The notes beneath the pieces were generated by a model. That model was not told where the DNA came from and did no database searches. It saw only the letters and a list, made by a program, of their open reading frames with translations. Positions 24,985-38,800 of a DNA stretch of 64,000 nucleotides are shown here, piece after piece. Position numbers and translations under genes: made by a program. The stretch is taken from positions 1 through 64,000 of the forward strand of contig CAJVPI010000010.1 in assembly GCA_910592345.1 (NCBI GenBank), written 5' to 3'. Numbering within the stretch: position 1 is the first letter of the stretch; every line of letters begins with the position of its first letter. The DNA comes from Paraglomus brasilianum. Lineage: Eukaryota.

Positions 24985-27900
24985 CGGAGTATTTGTGCGG
25001 CTGCGGCGAGTGGGTAGTCAAGAAGGTGAGTGGGAGGCAAGTAGGGAGTGAAGTTAAGGTGGGAGTGTACGAAGCAAGCTTTAATTAAAAGGGTGAAAGT
25101 ATAATGAAGGTCCAGAATATGGCTAACGCACAGCACGCCGCCTTTTTAGATATGAAGAAAGATGGTTTTATTTTGTTGGTTATTAAATATTAATCAGTGT
25201 ATATGCTATGTAATACGTGGATTGTGTGGGCTGAACACAAGTGTAAATAATAATCTGAAAGCAAAGTTGTACCCTGACTGTCAGTTACGATAGTGTAATA
25301 TGGCCAAGCATGCAGTGTATTTTATTGCAAAAGGACTATAGCTTGTCCCTCGTAAATTAAGAAGAACCGTGCAAAAAAAAAAAAAAAAAAGGGTGGGTTG
25401 CTATACCTGTATCTATTTCTCTAACTATATTAATGGCAGTAATGGTATCATTAACTGCTTATTATAGAATTATCAATATCTGATAAGATTTGTTAAAATT
25501 TAGCGGCAGCTGTTAATACCCGAATAATGCTAAGCCGATTTATTTTTATATGCGCAGAATCATTGTAGACCAATTTGGCCGTTTAACCAATTGCATACAA
25601 GTCGTATATTATTATCGCGCATATCGGTTAACGTATATATATCTCGTAATTGTTTAGTTACCATATTATACATCGAATGGATGTCAATGTGGCTGTGATT
25701 TTTATCTAAAAGTATATTTATATGTCATTATATATATTTATTTTATTGTTTGTCAACTTGGAAAAAAAGTACCGATATGCGATAACCAATAGAAATTCGC
25801 CAATAGTTTCAATTAAGTAATGGTATGAATATTACATAGCCCATTTGACTAATTAGTTTATCGACAACAATTAAAGTTACAATATTATAATATATGTGGC
25901 GCATTGCTATTTAACCGCTACGGAAAATAGAAATAAACAAGGGGCTTCTAGGTGTAGACTAATAACGAATCGTATTATCAATGCAATTACACACATATGC
26001 ACTTACGTATGATATGTTTATATACATATTGGCGTCTATGCGTATGTTTGTGGCTCATGACACGCTTAAACTCTATACTCAAATAGTAATTTTTGAACAA
26101 GCTCCAAGTACTCAGGCCATTTTTAGACACGGGCAACCGGATGTATATAAAACATTATTCCAAATTAGGAGAACCGAAATCATTAAGCGCGGACAACAAA
26201 CGATTGCATTTGTAATTTACATTTTACATCATTGCTATTGCTCAATGCTTATCCATTTAGCATCAAACTAGGAGCACAGGACTCAACCGAGGACAAAACA
26301 CAAGCAGCCCAACCAACCATTTAGACCGGGATCAACCGTTACAATACCTCGGCGATAATGTGTTTACTGCCTGTGTCAAATAGAACTAACAGAACATTCT
26401 AAAGGTGGAGTTGCATGTATGTTTGGCAATCACTAGCGAGGCTTGTTTGTAAAGGCAAATGGGTACGAAAGTTATTTTTAATTGATTATAAAAGAACTGT
26501 AAACAATAATGTAAAATATTATGTATGGGGGATATAAACAAGCCATGTCACTAAATGATAGGAACAGTTTTTGTATAATACTATACCCATTTTTATTATA
26601 TATTGTATTGCAATTGTATCGAATTATACCACATTGGATTATTGCACCGCATAATTGGTAGTTTAGTTATAGGTTTATAATTGCCATATTAGTTACAGTA
26701 AAAATATTCCTCTTTTGCATTAATGGTATTTAATATAACCAATTTAATAAATCGTGGCAATTGTAATGCGTCCAATTATAATCTGACAATAGTCAATGAA
26801 AAGACGTAGTTGCATGTAAACCATTCATTTGTGACTGGTTTCTTTTAAATATTTTATCTTGTGGTAACCCCACAATTAACAACCACACACACATACTGCC
26901 TATTACCAGCAATCAATGCAGAATATTTCGAAAAGCGGGAAATATACATTACAACAAAGTATTACACGACATCGAATATGTAAACCCATCCACATAGTAT
27001 GTTGGTTACATTCGATATGTCACATTTAATTACGTTTACAATACTCGCACTATATGCTGTCTTTCTTTTTCTTCTTCTTTTTTTTTCTTCGCTAACGGCT
27101 ACTCGTTTCTTGAATCTCTTTTGCTCTAGTCAAGATATCTGGGTGCTTCTACAGTGACGCACCTGGCATTTGGATTCACAAATGTCACACTTAATATCAC
27201 TATACGAGATCGACCAATGACGATAAGGAATCAAGTCCTTGTCTCAAGACAAGGCGACAGAAGATAAGGTGCCAATTGGACCATAACATTAACACCTCCA
27301 GAGTATGATGGAAAAATCTAATGGGTGATTATAAACGGGTGTCTTTGTCATACGTATCCGTGATGTATGATATTCTTAGCACATACCAACAATGGAAAAG
27401 CAAAAGTGATAATCATGGAGTTGGATATCCGTACTATAAAGACAGGTTAGATGTATGTTTCGGCTTTTGGATTTTGCATTTGTTATTCTTTATTCAAACA
27501 CAACGCTCAAAATGTCCTTGTTATACTTATTTATATCTCGTAGTCCGACGTTTCTCTCCAGGAAGTCGGACTAAACGTTAGAAGCTCACACGGAAGGTCA
27601 CACTCAATCCCCCGAAAAGCCGGGTTGTGTTACATTTAAGTATAAGTATACAGGGCATGAGTCAAAGAGATAATAGTTAATCGTCGTAAAGGTAGGAATA
27701 AACGCAGACTAGATTAGAACATATTGTTGGTTAATCGGAAAGACTGTAATAGTGAATGAATGAATTGCGGATTTGGGTTGAATGGACAGTCAGAACCGAC
27801 CAAATGTAGGATTGTGTGTTTCTCATAGCCAGTCATGCATAAATGGACTAGGAAGCCTAAATTTAACACGCGGAGAGTACAATTTGCTTGTTAGAGCATT

Positions 27901-30386
27901 AATGGTGATAACCGAATAATATGTGATGAAACAACTATAATAATAGCCAGAGATGCTATTGGAATCCAAATATCAAAAATGGCGAACGTTATTTACTAAT
28001 GGTATCGAAAATGTCTATATTTGTGTGTTAATGCATTACACATTGACGCAATCCAAAATGGTTATCACATATCGATACTATTATCTGAGAATTGTTTTCA
28101 ACAATACTAACGGTTGTAGATGATTACTGAAAGCGTATGCCCCATTTTTTTAACACGGGCACACAAACCTTGGACCTCGTTTACAATAATACTAATACAT
28201 GTATTCCAAAATAAACACTGTGGCAACATGATTTATTGTCTGGAAACACGTTATTTAAAAGATACTGATATATTAGAGGTAAAAGGAATGGCATTAAGTT
28301 ACAGAAATAGTAAAGTTTACTCAATATCGATAACTAATAAGTTCAAGGATGGTTTAGTTTACATCTAACATATAAGCTCAGGAAACATAAACAGGTTAAG
28401 GAGTTGGATGCAAAGTCTGTGGCAAAGGACGTTGTGTACGTATTCATCCTCTTTAATGCAATTAAAAAGGTCATTATTCTTGTCGATTTTTCCGCATGAA
28501 TGCATCGGCTGATTTATTGTTGATATGAACGAGTATTACAAATGAAAACAAATAAGATAAGCGAACAAGTTATAAACACAGAATAAATGTGTTATAAAAA
28601 AATTTTTTTTTTTCAATTGTTTCAATCGATAAACGTTGTTTTACAATAAGTTGTATCGTCGGTCAGCCCGGAAATTATATGATTCCGAATTATATACAAC
28701 CATTAATATGTGCTATTATATTACTTTGTCAATATATTTTAATTTACTATGCAATACAAACTTTAATATTATAATATTAGATAGATGAGCAAGATAAAGG
28801 AGAATACATAACGCTATCAGCCGAAGTCCAGAAGTTTGATAAACAAAATCTAGAACGTATCATTTCAAACATAGGCACGAGATAAGCGTGAAAAAAAAAA
28901 GCCATGCTTAGTCAACATGACAAACTACGTATGTATTATTATACAACAACTTGCGTGCACATTAACGGTGTTGAATAGACTACATCAAATTGGTATACGT
29001 CATGGCAAAGCACAAACGGCTAACTTAATGAATGCGAAGAGCAGAAAAGAATGACAGATATGTATGTAAATGTTAAAACGATAACAAAATACGCAACCTG
29101 TCAAGAGATAATAAAAAAGTCTATAAGATAGTTATTTGTGCAAATTAAGAAAGAAAGGAAAAACAAGAGATACCAATAATAGTACAAAATGTAATGCAAA
29201 GTAGTGCGTGTCAGAAAAGTCGTTTGGAAGGGAAAAGGAAGACAAAATGCGGGACAAACAATAAATCGAACTGAATCCTTTATCTCAAAAGACTATTGCC
29301 ACACGAAAGGTACGTATGTTATAGATCCAAGGATAGTTATGTACCTGCGTATACCTGCCCTTATCTAACATATTCTGGTTATGATGATCGTAGCGAATAG
29401 TTGACGCATAGAGTGACAGACAACGAGCATGGACTAGGCAGCATACGTGCCGAGAAGTGCGCATCTCGTATAGCTCGCTCTTTGATTCATGTGGGATTTT
29501 GTTGGCAGGTTTGTAACTTTTGTTCAATAAATGTAAAATTCAAAGATTTGCGTTATATTAACTGTATGTTGTTTACGTAATGCATTAGTTGCTGTCTAAA
29601 ATTCCTCGGTGTTTATGCTCACATTCAGGCGTCTTTGCGAACCCGGCTCGAAAGATTGTAGAAGTTTGATGGAATCGGCAAATAAATTAACAAAAATGGT
29701 TTGAGATTAGATTCAAGGCAATCTTTTTGTCGTAGAAATCCTTTTTGTTTTTAGAAAATCAAGCAGCGAGAAGTACGGATAAGCCTTAACTATCTTATGT
29801 AAGATTTCAAAATGTTTGTACGAGAGACTACATACCTGCATCAATGAATTCATACGTATCACTATGACTACTAATACCATATACATACTTTTAACTGCAA
29901 ATTAATCATTTGTTCAGATTGTTTTACAAGGTAAAGACATGAATTGCTGTGGCGATGTTGTTACGAAAGTTTAGACATACTAATACTGAAATCGTTGTTT
30001 ACTTACTAACTACTTTTCATTGTACGTGTACAATAGATTTCTGACAACTGGTGGCAAGATGTGGGCCGGGAGCAGCATAATATTTATACGTAGTATAAAG
30101 CGCCTCTAATCCTAATCTTACTTTAGACGCTATATAAATTGAAGTGAACAAGACAGGTGTGTTGTAATGCAAGCTATAATAGACTGTTTTGTAATTTTTA
30201 CATGTAGTGTTAAATCATCTTGCATTTAAAGGTAAGTGAGCACATTTGCGTAATTAAATACTTTAAGTCTATAATTCTCTATTTTTATTTTTATTTTTTA
30301 TATCAGCATACGGAAACGTACATTCAAGCTCCTTGGTAAAGTTGATAATCTAACCAGTTTATTACGTAAAAAGCAGGGAAAGTTGG

Positions 30387-30510
30387 CACATAGTGGCTCC
30401 CTTAAATCGTGCGAGATGTTAGCTTCAGTTCAACAGAATCACATAAATTTCTACTAAGTATATCTGGATTGGTGCTGGCAGAATAACAAAATCTTCGGAG
30501 CCACTATGTA
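30387..30510. mobile_element. Short MITE with 13-bp perfect TIR
   Basis: ACATAGTGGCTCC (30388-30400) and GGAGCCACTATGT (30497-30509) are exact reverse complements. The right side ends in TA. Confidence 0.6.
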
Positions 30511-31203
30511 ATATGAATTTGCACCAGTTGACTTGCAGTTAAGTTTTGAATTTGCTGTCTCCTTATATACTGTAACCTCATGTGAATAAGGACTTATCGT
30601 GAATACGAACCATAACTTGGTCCGTATAATTGAAATAGGCCTTTATGCGATTATGTAACCAGCGAATATTTGTATTCGTAGAGGAATAAAACAAGACATC
30701 TCGTGAACAAAAGCACCTTATATAGTGAGAGATTACTACACTTGTATTAACAAAATAATTGTCAACTAGAATAATTTGTTCAACGGGTTGTTTATCAATA
30801 TGATAAACTACGAGAACGTGCTACACGCCGCTCTCCTCTTCTAATCCACTTAACCGTTATGATCAAACCCGTGAGTATGGAAAATTTATTTTTCCCTTTA
30901 TTAGAGATAATAACATTATATAAAATGTTGGGTCAAGACCTTGGTCGGGTTTATAACCTCTTCCATTTTGCATTCTAACTTTGTGATACATCTCTTGTAG
31001 AAATAATACCAATTATGATGATATCAATGCCAGATACTGCCCGAAGCGAACGCCGACGTTTAAACACAAAAATGTATTTATCAATCATTGCAGCTTCCTT
31101 TCATATGAAATTACGGAATGTCCATTCTACAAGTCGATCACATTGTGCATGAACATAGATAAGTATTTGATTACGGAAAATGTAATGCATTATCAACTTT
31201 GTA

Positions 31204-31494
31204 TAACGTATCCTCTCGTGAATAAGGGCCCACCTTCATCATATGGGGGCTCTTATTCACAAGATGTTTGGTTGCGCCTTAAAAACAATGCAAAATGATC
31301 TACGAATCGTCACGTAACAATTGTCCACGTTAACTGTATTATTACATAATTACAAACTATATTTCATATTATAAAGTAATATATACGTCAATTGTTGACG
31401 TGATAGGGGGGGGGTGAGGGGCAGCTATTTCATAACATTACGGCGATAGCAATTTTTTCATATGAGGGGCCCTTATTCACGATAGTTTACGGTA
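31204..31494. mobile_element. Tc1/mariner-pogo-type MITE (~290 bp)
   Basis: The left end TAACGTATCCTCTCGTGAATAAGGGCCC matches the reverse complement of the right end, TACCGTAAACTATCGTGAATAAGGGCCC. Termini are TA. An extra internal TIR-like copy lies at about 31245-31262. Confidence 0.75.
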
Positions 31495-34130
31495 ATGTAT
31501 CATCATTGCTAATGTCAGAAACACCTTTTCCTTGAAATATTTAACAAAGACTGATAGTCTTTGGCGCGATAAAGGAATGGTTATGTGAGTACCCGACTGC
31601 AGTTTGAATAAGGCTAGTGGCTCTCGTTAAACATTTTGTTTTCAAAGTTAATTGTACAGTCACAATCCAGACGTAAGTGGTACGGTTTCCCCGAGAAAAG
31701 AGTTGTAGCGTGGATCCTATACGTACGGTCCAAAAGTGGGAGAAGTTTGAGATACGAAACACGTGTACAATAATCAGTTGAATCGAATGACAAGGACATA
31801 CAATATTAAATTACGCATGTCAGAAAACGTTAGCAGGCATCAAACTGTTGAGGATCTCAACAAGTCTGTTACTTTTTTCTTAATGACGAGACAAATTTTT
31901 AACAAATAATTACATAATCAACTTTTCCGTGTCCAACAGTATCAATTATCTTGCGTTAGTTCGTACACTTACGTGAATAAAAATTTTAGTTATCCATCAT
32001 ACCTGCTTAATTGTTGATTAATTTGGTTATCATATTTGAATTAAACCATAATAATAAAAGTTGTTTAGGCTGCTGACGCAAAATAATAATGCACTGGTAC
32101 AAAGAATCCAGAGCCTTGGCTGTTTGACACTAAGCAAAATCAATGTTTGTCGAGCAAAGCGATATTGGTTTGATAGGGAAGTCTTTGGGTTTTGCAGGTA
32201 AAAGTTAATCTTCTTGTCAGTTAGCTAAAGAGAATAAAGCAATATATTAGAAAAAGTGTTTGCTTGGTATTTTATAATACAAATGCATCAATTGCAAAAA
32301 CATACTACGCCAGCAAGCGCCTCAATATTCCCTCGGGATAACGACACGCATTTAATAATATTCGATAAGTTAATTTCTAAACAATTACCCACTTGTCTTA
32401 GTGCGCTGTTTCACTGGGTAATTAATAGTTTGAGACAAACAGTAATTATTTATTGTATTTGGTTTCAGGAGCAATTACAATTATGTTGTTATTTTAGCGT
32501 TGGCATAATGAAAAAATGGTTTACTGACATTCTCATATAGCGTGTCATCCATTGTGATGAACGTAAAATATTATATGGTCTGCAGACTTTAAGTATATAC
32601 CATTATGTTGGCAAGTTGCGTGTATGAGATATCAATATATTGCAGACAGAAAGACCAGTATACATATTGATATCTTAACATTGAAAGTAACCAGTAAGGC
32701 AATATCTTGCTCAGCTGCAGTAAGTGTGGTGGTTTTTTAAACAAGTTTGCTTTCGCGTCCCAACCGCCTATTCATAAACTGGTACTAGACAAGTTATTAT
32801 TACAATAATAAACGCTTTCTTACATTATTTATGCAACCTTTATGGTTATACCAGATGTAATACTAGTAGATTCAGTGCCTTATAGCTTTGATTACAACCT
32901 TAACGATATAGCATATAAAGAAAACAAACACGTTTAAACCCTGCCGATAGGCATCTGTGTTAATAGGCAATGAAAAAGAACGAGTCCAAAAATAACAAAT
33001 GACGTAATGTAAACATAGCTGTAAGTCGGTTATAAATATCCCCAATTACCGTTATAATGCATTTGTACATGCCTAATAATTAAACAAAATATTGTCGCCA
33101 ATCTATAGGCTGTAAATGATGTGCATATCCAAACACTGCTATATGACAATGTTGATTATGCGTTGATGGTCTCCCCCAGCCTCCTCAACAATTTACTTAT
33201 TATACATCGCCATTTACATGCATGATTGTTTTTACCTGGCGAGTCAGATGATGCATTGTTTGCCTGCTTCGTCAGATGTACAAGTCAACGCTGGCTTAAG
33301 GCAACTGTGTGATAAATTATGCATTATCTTTTGTTAAAAAAAGGCATATGTGCTATTAGTAAACATAGTTATTAATAGTCTTACTATAAATGCATCAATC
33401 TATATTCCTTGTTTGGGACCATTACTTTCCCTAGTCTCCTACTTTCATCGGGGTTTCTCATTGCAAACAAATATTAGTGCAATAAAATAAACCATACTCT
33501 ACAATTACCATTGAATCTTGAACATGATTAGTCACATTTACTGTACTGCGTATCCAACATCACTTGTCGATTGGCCAACAAAGATCATCGTTTCCGATTT
33601 AGTAACAAGTACCTTCCGATTAAAGTAATCTGCCTTGCATATCACTACGAACGCGGTATTTATTACCCTAAGGGTTAAGTTTACCCAAAGCATGTCAAAC
33701 GCCACGTGAGCATTTAGTCATTAGAGCAACAACAATAAATAGAAACAATAGCATTACATGTTTAATTATTATTCGGATTGACATCCTTTCGAATACATTC
33801 CAAATATTGCTGCATGCATCCCACGTTCTTATGTATTTGGTATGATTTATTGTCATTGCTCCGCCTGGTTATCGTTTAGAAAATGCCGCATTGTAATAAG
33901 CGAAACAGCGCATAAAGTCAGCAAATACCAATGAAGGAAACGCAAATATTTTATTCCTAATGCGTTGTTTAAGCAAGACAATATATGTCAGGTGGTTAAT
34001 ACAGTTTTATTTGTGCTTGTAATAAACCAGTCTATCAATTAAATGTCTCGTTTAGATTACGAATATATTCAATATCGCAAACTCGTTTTGTATAAAACTA
34101 CGACTCGACTTAGACCTCCACCTCACCCCA

Positions 34131-34586
34131 ATGTCATACCACGTATTTTCATTTCAGAGTTCTCCAACTTTGTCCTCACAATCTTTACCACAGATTGATT
34201 TTACCAAACTCCTTCCTATTGCGGAAGACTTAATAACGAATCCAAATTACCACAATCTTAATCCGTTTTTTCTTTTTTCTACGTCTGTGCACAGACTCTA
34301 CAAGTGTAAATTACCTTGTCATCCGCATGAAACTGCAAGACTCATAAGCTATTGGTGGCATAGCACCATACCTTTCAACATTAAGTCTCAATTTCACCTC
34401 TTAGTTTACTCAGCTAAGGAAGGAAACGTATCAACGTCTACAGTCGAGAAAAGGCTTTCCGAAAGTCAACCGTTTCAGATGGGAAAGCAGTATATTTTTG
34501 TTACGGACCCGACCGTAAACTTGGCCGTAAAAAAACAAAAAGAGGATGAGGACAATCGCATGTTTTCTCATTATACATTTCTTTGA
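34131..34586 (+). CDS. Small protein with a divergent HMG-box-like domain
   Basis: Intact 151-aa ORF with a TATAAAA about 40 bp upstream. LNPFFLFSTSVHR...TARLISYWWHSTIPFNIKSQFHLLVYSAK matches the HMG pattern N.F.LF...S..W......K..F..L...AK. Confidence 0.65.
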   Translation: MSYHVFSFQSSPTLSSQSLPQIDFTKLLPIAEDLITNPNYHNLNPFFLFSTSVHRLYKCKLPCHPHETARLISYWWHSTIPFNIKSQFHLLVYSAKEGNVSTSTVEKRLSESQPFQMGKQYIFVTDPTVNLAVKKQKEDEDNRMFSHYTFL

Positions 34587-35470
34587 AGTACTCGCAGCTT
34601 TCTGTTCAACTATTTTTTGTTTTCCAAATTTTCCAAATTTTCGTTTTTAGCTCTCGAATTTTTTGTTTCTCGTTTTATTTATTCCTGCTTTCGTTCACTG
34701 AATGACAAGCTTCTATGAAATTATAGGGAGGGGACAATTATGGATAAAAACTTTTCAATAATTAAGCACTTTAAGAACAGTATAGTTAATATTACATACA
34801 AATTAAGATATTACCAAATTAAATCTTTCATGGAACCTGATACCACAGTAATAAGCACGTTAGTATGGTTATGATTAATAATAGTAAGCATTGACAATGA
34901 TCACAATTGGTAGCATCGATACGTGACAAGTAACTTATTGAATGAGCATGTCTAATACAGTTTTATTTCGCCTTGTAATCAGTACGGTAGTAAAAAGTTC
35001 ATTCATATGTATCATGATAAAGCTGTCAACTTTAATATCAACTAAATAGTGTAAATGTCAGTGACTGGTGAGCTTGCACGCTTGTGCTTCTGCAGTTTGT
35101 TCTATCCATCGTATTCAAGAAGTCTACAGCCTAAGGAGAGGATTGAACGTTTAACTTACTGTATGCTTCGAAAAAAGTATTTGAATCGACTGCTAACGAA
35201 TATGTTTAAACGCTGTAGTTGATAATTTGATCTTTACTGATATAATTTGGAAATAGTTAAGATACTAATGGTAATAATAATGAACTCTCAAAAGTATTTG
35301 GATTTGCACTAATACTAATGTAGAAAGTTGGATATGGCTGTGTGTTATGACATCAAACTTATTACTTCGATCGATCAACGAATACCAGGTAATAAGCACA
35401 GAATGCAATCAAGAAATGCATGATTGCTATTGTCTACATAAAGATACACGGAGGATAATTTTATAAATAT

Positions 35471-35579
35471 TGTCACGGCTGATGCTGAAACTAACCAATG
35501 GGATTGGAGAATAGGATCTGAACAACCAACGAAAGATCATTGTTTCAGCTTCAGCCGGATTTCAGCATCAGCTCCCACA
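35471..35579. mobile_element. TGT...ACA-ended MITE-like repeat; a related fragment lies at ~6108-6157
   Basis: GCTGATGCTGAAA (35478) pairs with TTTCAGCATCAGC (~35560-35572). The core GAAACTAACCAATGGG.TT.GAGAATAG.ATCTGA.CAACCAA.GAAAGA recurs at 6108. The TSD is imperfect (ATAT vs ATTA). Confidence 0.6.
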
Positions 35580-35716
35580 ATTAACTAAAGCCTTCTGAAT
35601 AAATTTGATATCAACACATTGTTTGCTCTATTTATCTGTGCTATTCTTGCAGACCTGGAACCAGAGACTTTCTATTATAATCAAGGTTGCCTTCAACTTT
35701 TCCGCATTATTAACAG

Positions 35717-35878
35717 TACATAGTGAAGCTCGATAAGTCGGACACGACTGGCTGGGCATGGTTATCCGACTTATCAAGGAATCCGACCTATCGAAAGGAT
35801 TTTGATATGAAAAAAGAAAAGGGCAGAGAGATTTTGTCCGACTTATTGAGTTTCTGACTTATCGAGTTTCACTGTGTA
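35717..35878. mobile_element. Pogo/Tc1-type MITE (~160 bp)
   Basis: The left end TACATAGTGAAGCTCGATAAGTCGGA matches the reverse complement of the right end, TACACAGTGAAACTCGATAAGTCAGA. Internal TCCGACTTATC repeats are present. Confidence 0.8.
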
Positions 35879-38800
35879 TGTGCTTATCGGTATGAGATGC
35901 AATCTAACACTTACCATATAGCAGCATAAATATAAATAAATTGTCAATGCTGAAATACTTTGCCAATTTCCGGTTACCGGAAGAATGCGTCTTCTACCAG
36001 CAGTGTTTTGCGTAAAGTGCATTATAATTGTTCTGCTTTATATTATATACTCAGTATTATTCTCATTTCGTTCTTCCAGTTATTATAAATTATGGTGTAA
36101 AAACAGAATTGATATTGATATGATATAAATACTTCTAAAACTCTTCCCCTTATGTTCGTTTTCGGCGCAATGGCATTATGAATAAGAAAATGGCAGTTTG
36201 ATACAATCTGGATGTTAAACCATCCGAGCGACTCGTTGAATTCTGCGATCTAATTTATGAGAATGATTAGCTACGTTATAATCTTTCTGGTAATAATTTA
36301 TTGCTCTAGACTACGATCAGAAATACACAAAATACACGGAATCTGCATTTATATTGTACCTTGTCATACCCTTCTCCTGTGCGGTTCACCATACATATAA
36401 CTAAATGTTGGGTTCACGGACCAACAAAATTAAAGTCATCAAGTAATAAAAACAGTTGGATTGTAAAACTACTTCTCAGAGATGGAAACTGCAAACTTGT
36501 GATTATAGCAGACTCCGCTTGAGGGGATAGCGCTAGGCCTCCTCCGATATTCTGAAAGAGGCGTTTCACCCGAGCGCATGTAGACGAGAATTTTTCTTTA
36601 CGTATTGCCTATATAAGCAACTGTTAATGGAAAGAGAAGCGTTGATAATAATTTGATCGACAAAATTATTTGAATTCACAAATCTTGAATGTCCCATTTG
36701 AGAGTAATGAAGTCCAATTCGTACTAGAAAGATCCGTACCACAAAAAAAGAGTAGACAGTCTACTGGAGAGGCAACAATATATCTTGGTTATCTATTCGC
36801 GCTTATAGTCAACGTGTCTCTATACCAAGTATATGTTAGGCATCCACAAATCATGCCATAGATAATCTACTTTTGTGAAATTATTACCTCATGCTCCGTA
36901 ATTAAATAAATAGAAACGCGCAAAAGTGTCTGAAGAAAAGCTTATTTTATCTGCCGATGAGTCTTGGTTCACATACTGTATAGAGCCAATAATCAGCGTA
37001 TAAGAGACTCTGCGATCGGTAATAGCCCTAGCACAAAAAGAATTGACTTGTGAGCGAGGCATTAAAAAAACTTTTCTTTTGGCAGATAAGATTTTCGTTT
37101 AGTCTTGTTATTCTTGATAAAAATGGTAGTGATATGGACGACCGTCAGTCGAGAGTGTCTTGAATGGATATAAAAATGCATCACATTATATTCAACAACA
37201 AGAAAACTCATCAAATTATCAATAAAGCAGTTCGAAAGTAGACAAAAAAAGTTACCTGATACCAAATAATTACTAAAGCCTCTTTGCTATTCAACTATTA
37301 CCATTATCAATCGAATATCAATACCAATAACGTCACTTGCATCCAGCCAACATCAAATTTATTTTAAATAAACCGACTTTTTATCGTGGTAAAAAAACGA
37401 CCCGCAAAAAGCTAGTATTAGGTTAAGGACAAGATATTGTACAGTTATTGATAGATAGAAGCTATTCACGCCTAAAAATTCTTATTGTCAGTCGAGCTTT
37501 GTAAAAATTACATAGTCGAACATTCAAACTTATTTATGACACAAGATAAAGGTGTAATTACCCCCACTTATCTGTTAAGCAATAAGGAAACGTAGCCTCT
37601 GGGAACGATGAAAAGCGTTAGGGCCAATTCCCGGAATAAAATTGTCTTTGAGAAATGCAATGAAGGCGCCGACATGAAGGGGTTGATATAGCAGAGAGCA
37701 ATAAGGCTGAAGTTGTCAAAGTATACGAAGCTGTGATGAACAAAACAGATAATGACTTGCCGAATATCTTCATAATAAAAACAGTTTTTGGGCAACAGAT
37801 TACCTCTCACCGTTGTTAACAAAGTTCAATAAAGCAATGGTTGTAGTTATAACAATGTGATAAAACTTTTACTAATAGAGGTTAAAGCAGTATAGTTAAT
37901 ATGATAACTTCAAACGCGATCGTATAATTGCATTAGTGACAAAGAGTGAAGCTCAACATTTTCCTGCAAACCTAATCAAACTATAAAGCTCCTGGTTAAA
38001 GTCTGTTCTTTTTCTCTCTTTCTTTCTTTCTTTCTTTTTTTTGCGCCATTCCTACTTGTTTAACCGTTATTATTATTTCTATCGATCAGAATGTGTTGAT
38101 GTACTGGCGTAACAGAAAAAAAAAGCAAACCAACAATATATAATGCATACTATATGGTTTATTTTAAGAAGCTAACGGAAAATAATAACAACTTTATTTA
38201 GACTACTAATCTTATGGGCGTTTTTTGTTGGCTTTAGAATATGGCAAAAAAAAAGTCTGTGAAAAATTATCTTATAGTAGCATGCAAATTGGCGTGTTAT
38301 ACTGATTACTTCTTAGGACAATGAGACAATACTATAAACGAGATGGAATTCTTAAAAATGCACCATTCTTTTTTTGGCAATTTACAAAGGCGTGAGTGAC
38401 CACTAATTGTATCATTATCCCAATGCAAGCATTTTGGAGCACAGTTGCTGCACAAAATTTTGGTATTTAAACTCTTTATATTAAATATACAAATTTGTTG
38501 GTATTACATTAAACCAACTGGCAAAAGCAATGCTTCCATGCTCAATTGTTGCCGTTCACACAGTGCTGTACGGTCAAATTAAATTAACAGCAATGAACTA
38601 TATACTACACAGCAGGCACTTGTTGAAATCGTATTATGCTATTTCACTCCATTTTACAAACTTCGCTGTTTAACAGTGTTGTTATTGATTCTTAATTTAG
38701 TACTTCTCCGTGGCTTTGTATGCATCGACTATGCATTGTGACGTTATTATTATACCCATTAGCTTTTTTATAAAAAAATTTTTTTTTATTTTTTTTAGAA

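Noticed and set aside
26969..27020. Imperfect ~50-bp palindrome
   Set aside because: It is short, AT-rich and gapped, with no TSD; compatible with chance or an old MITE scar.
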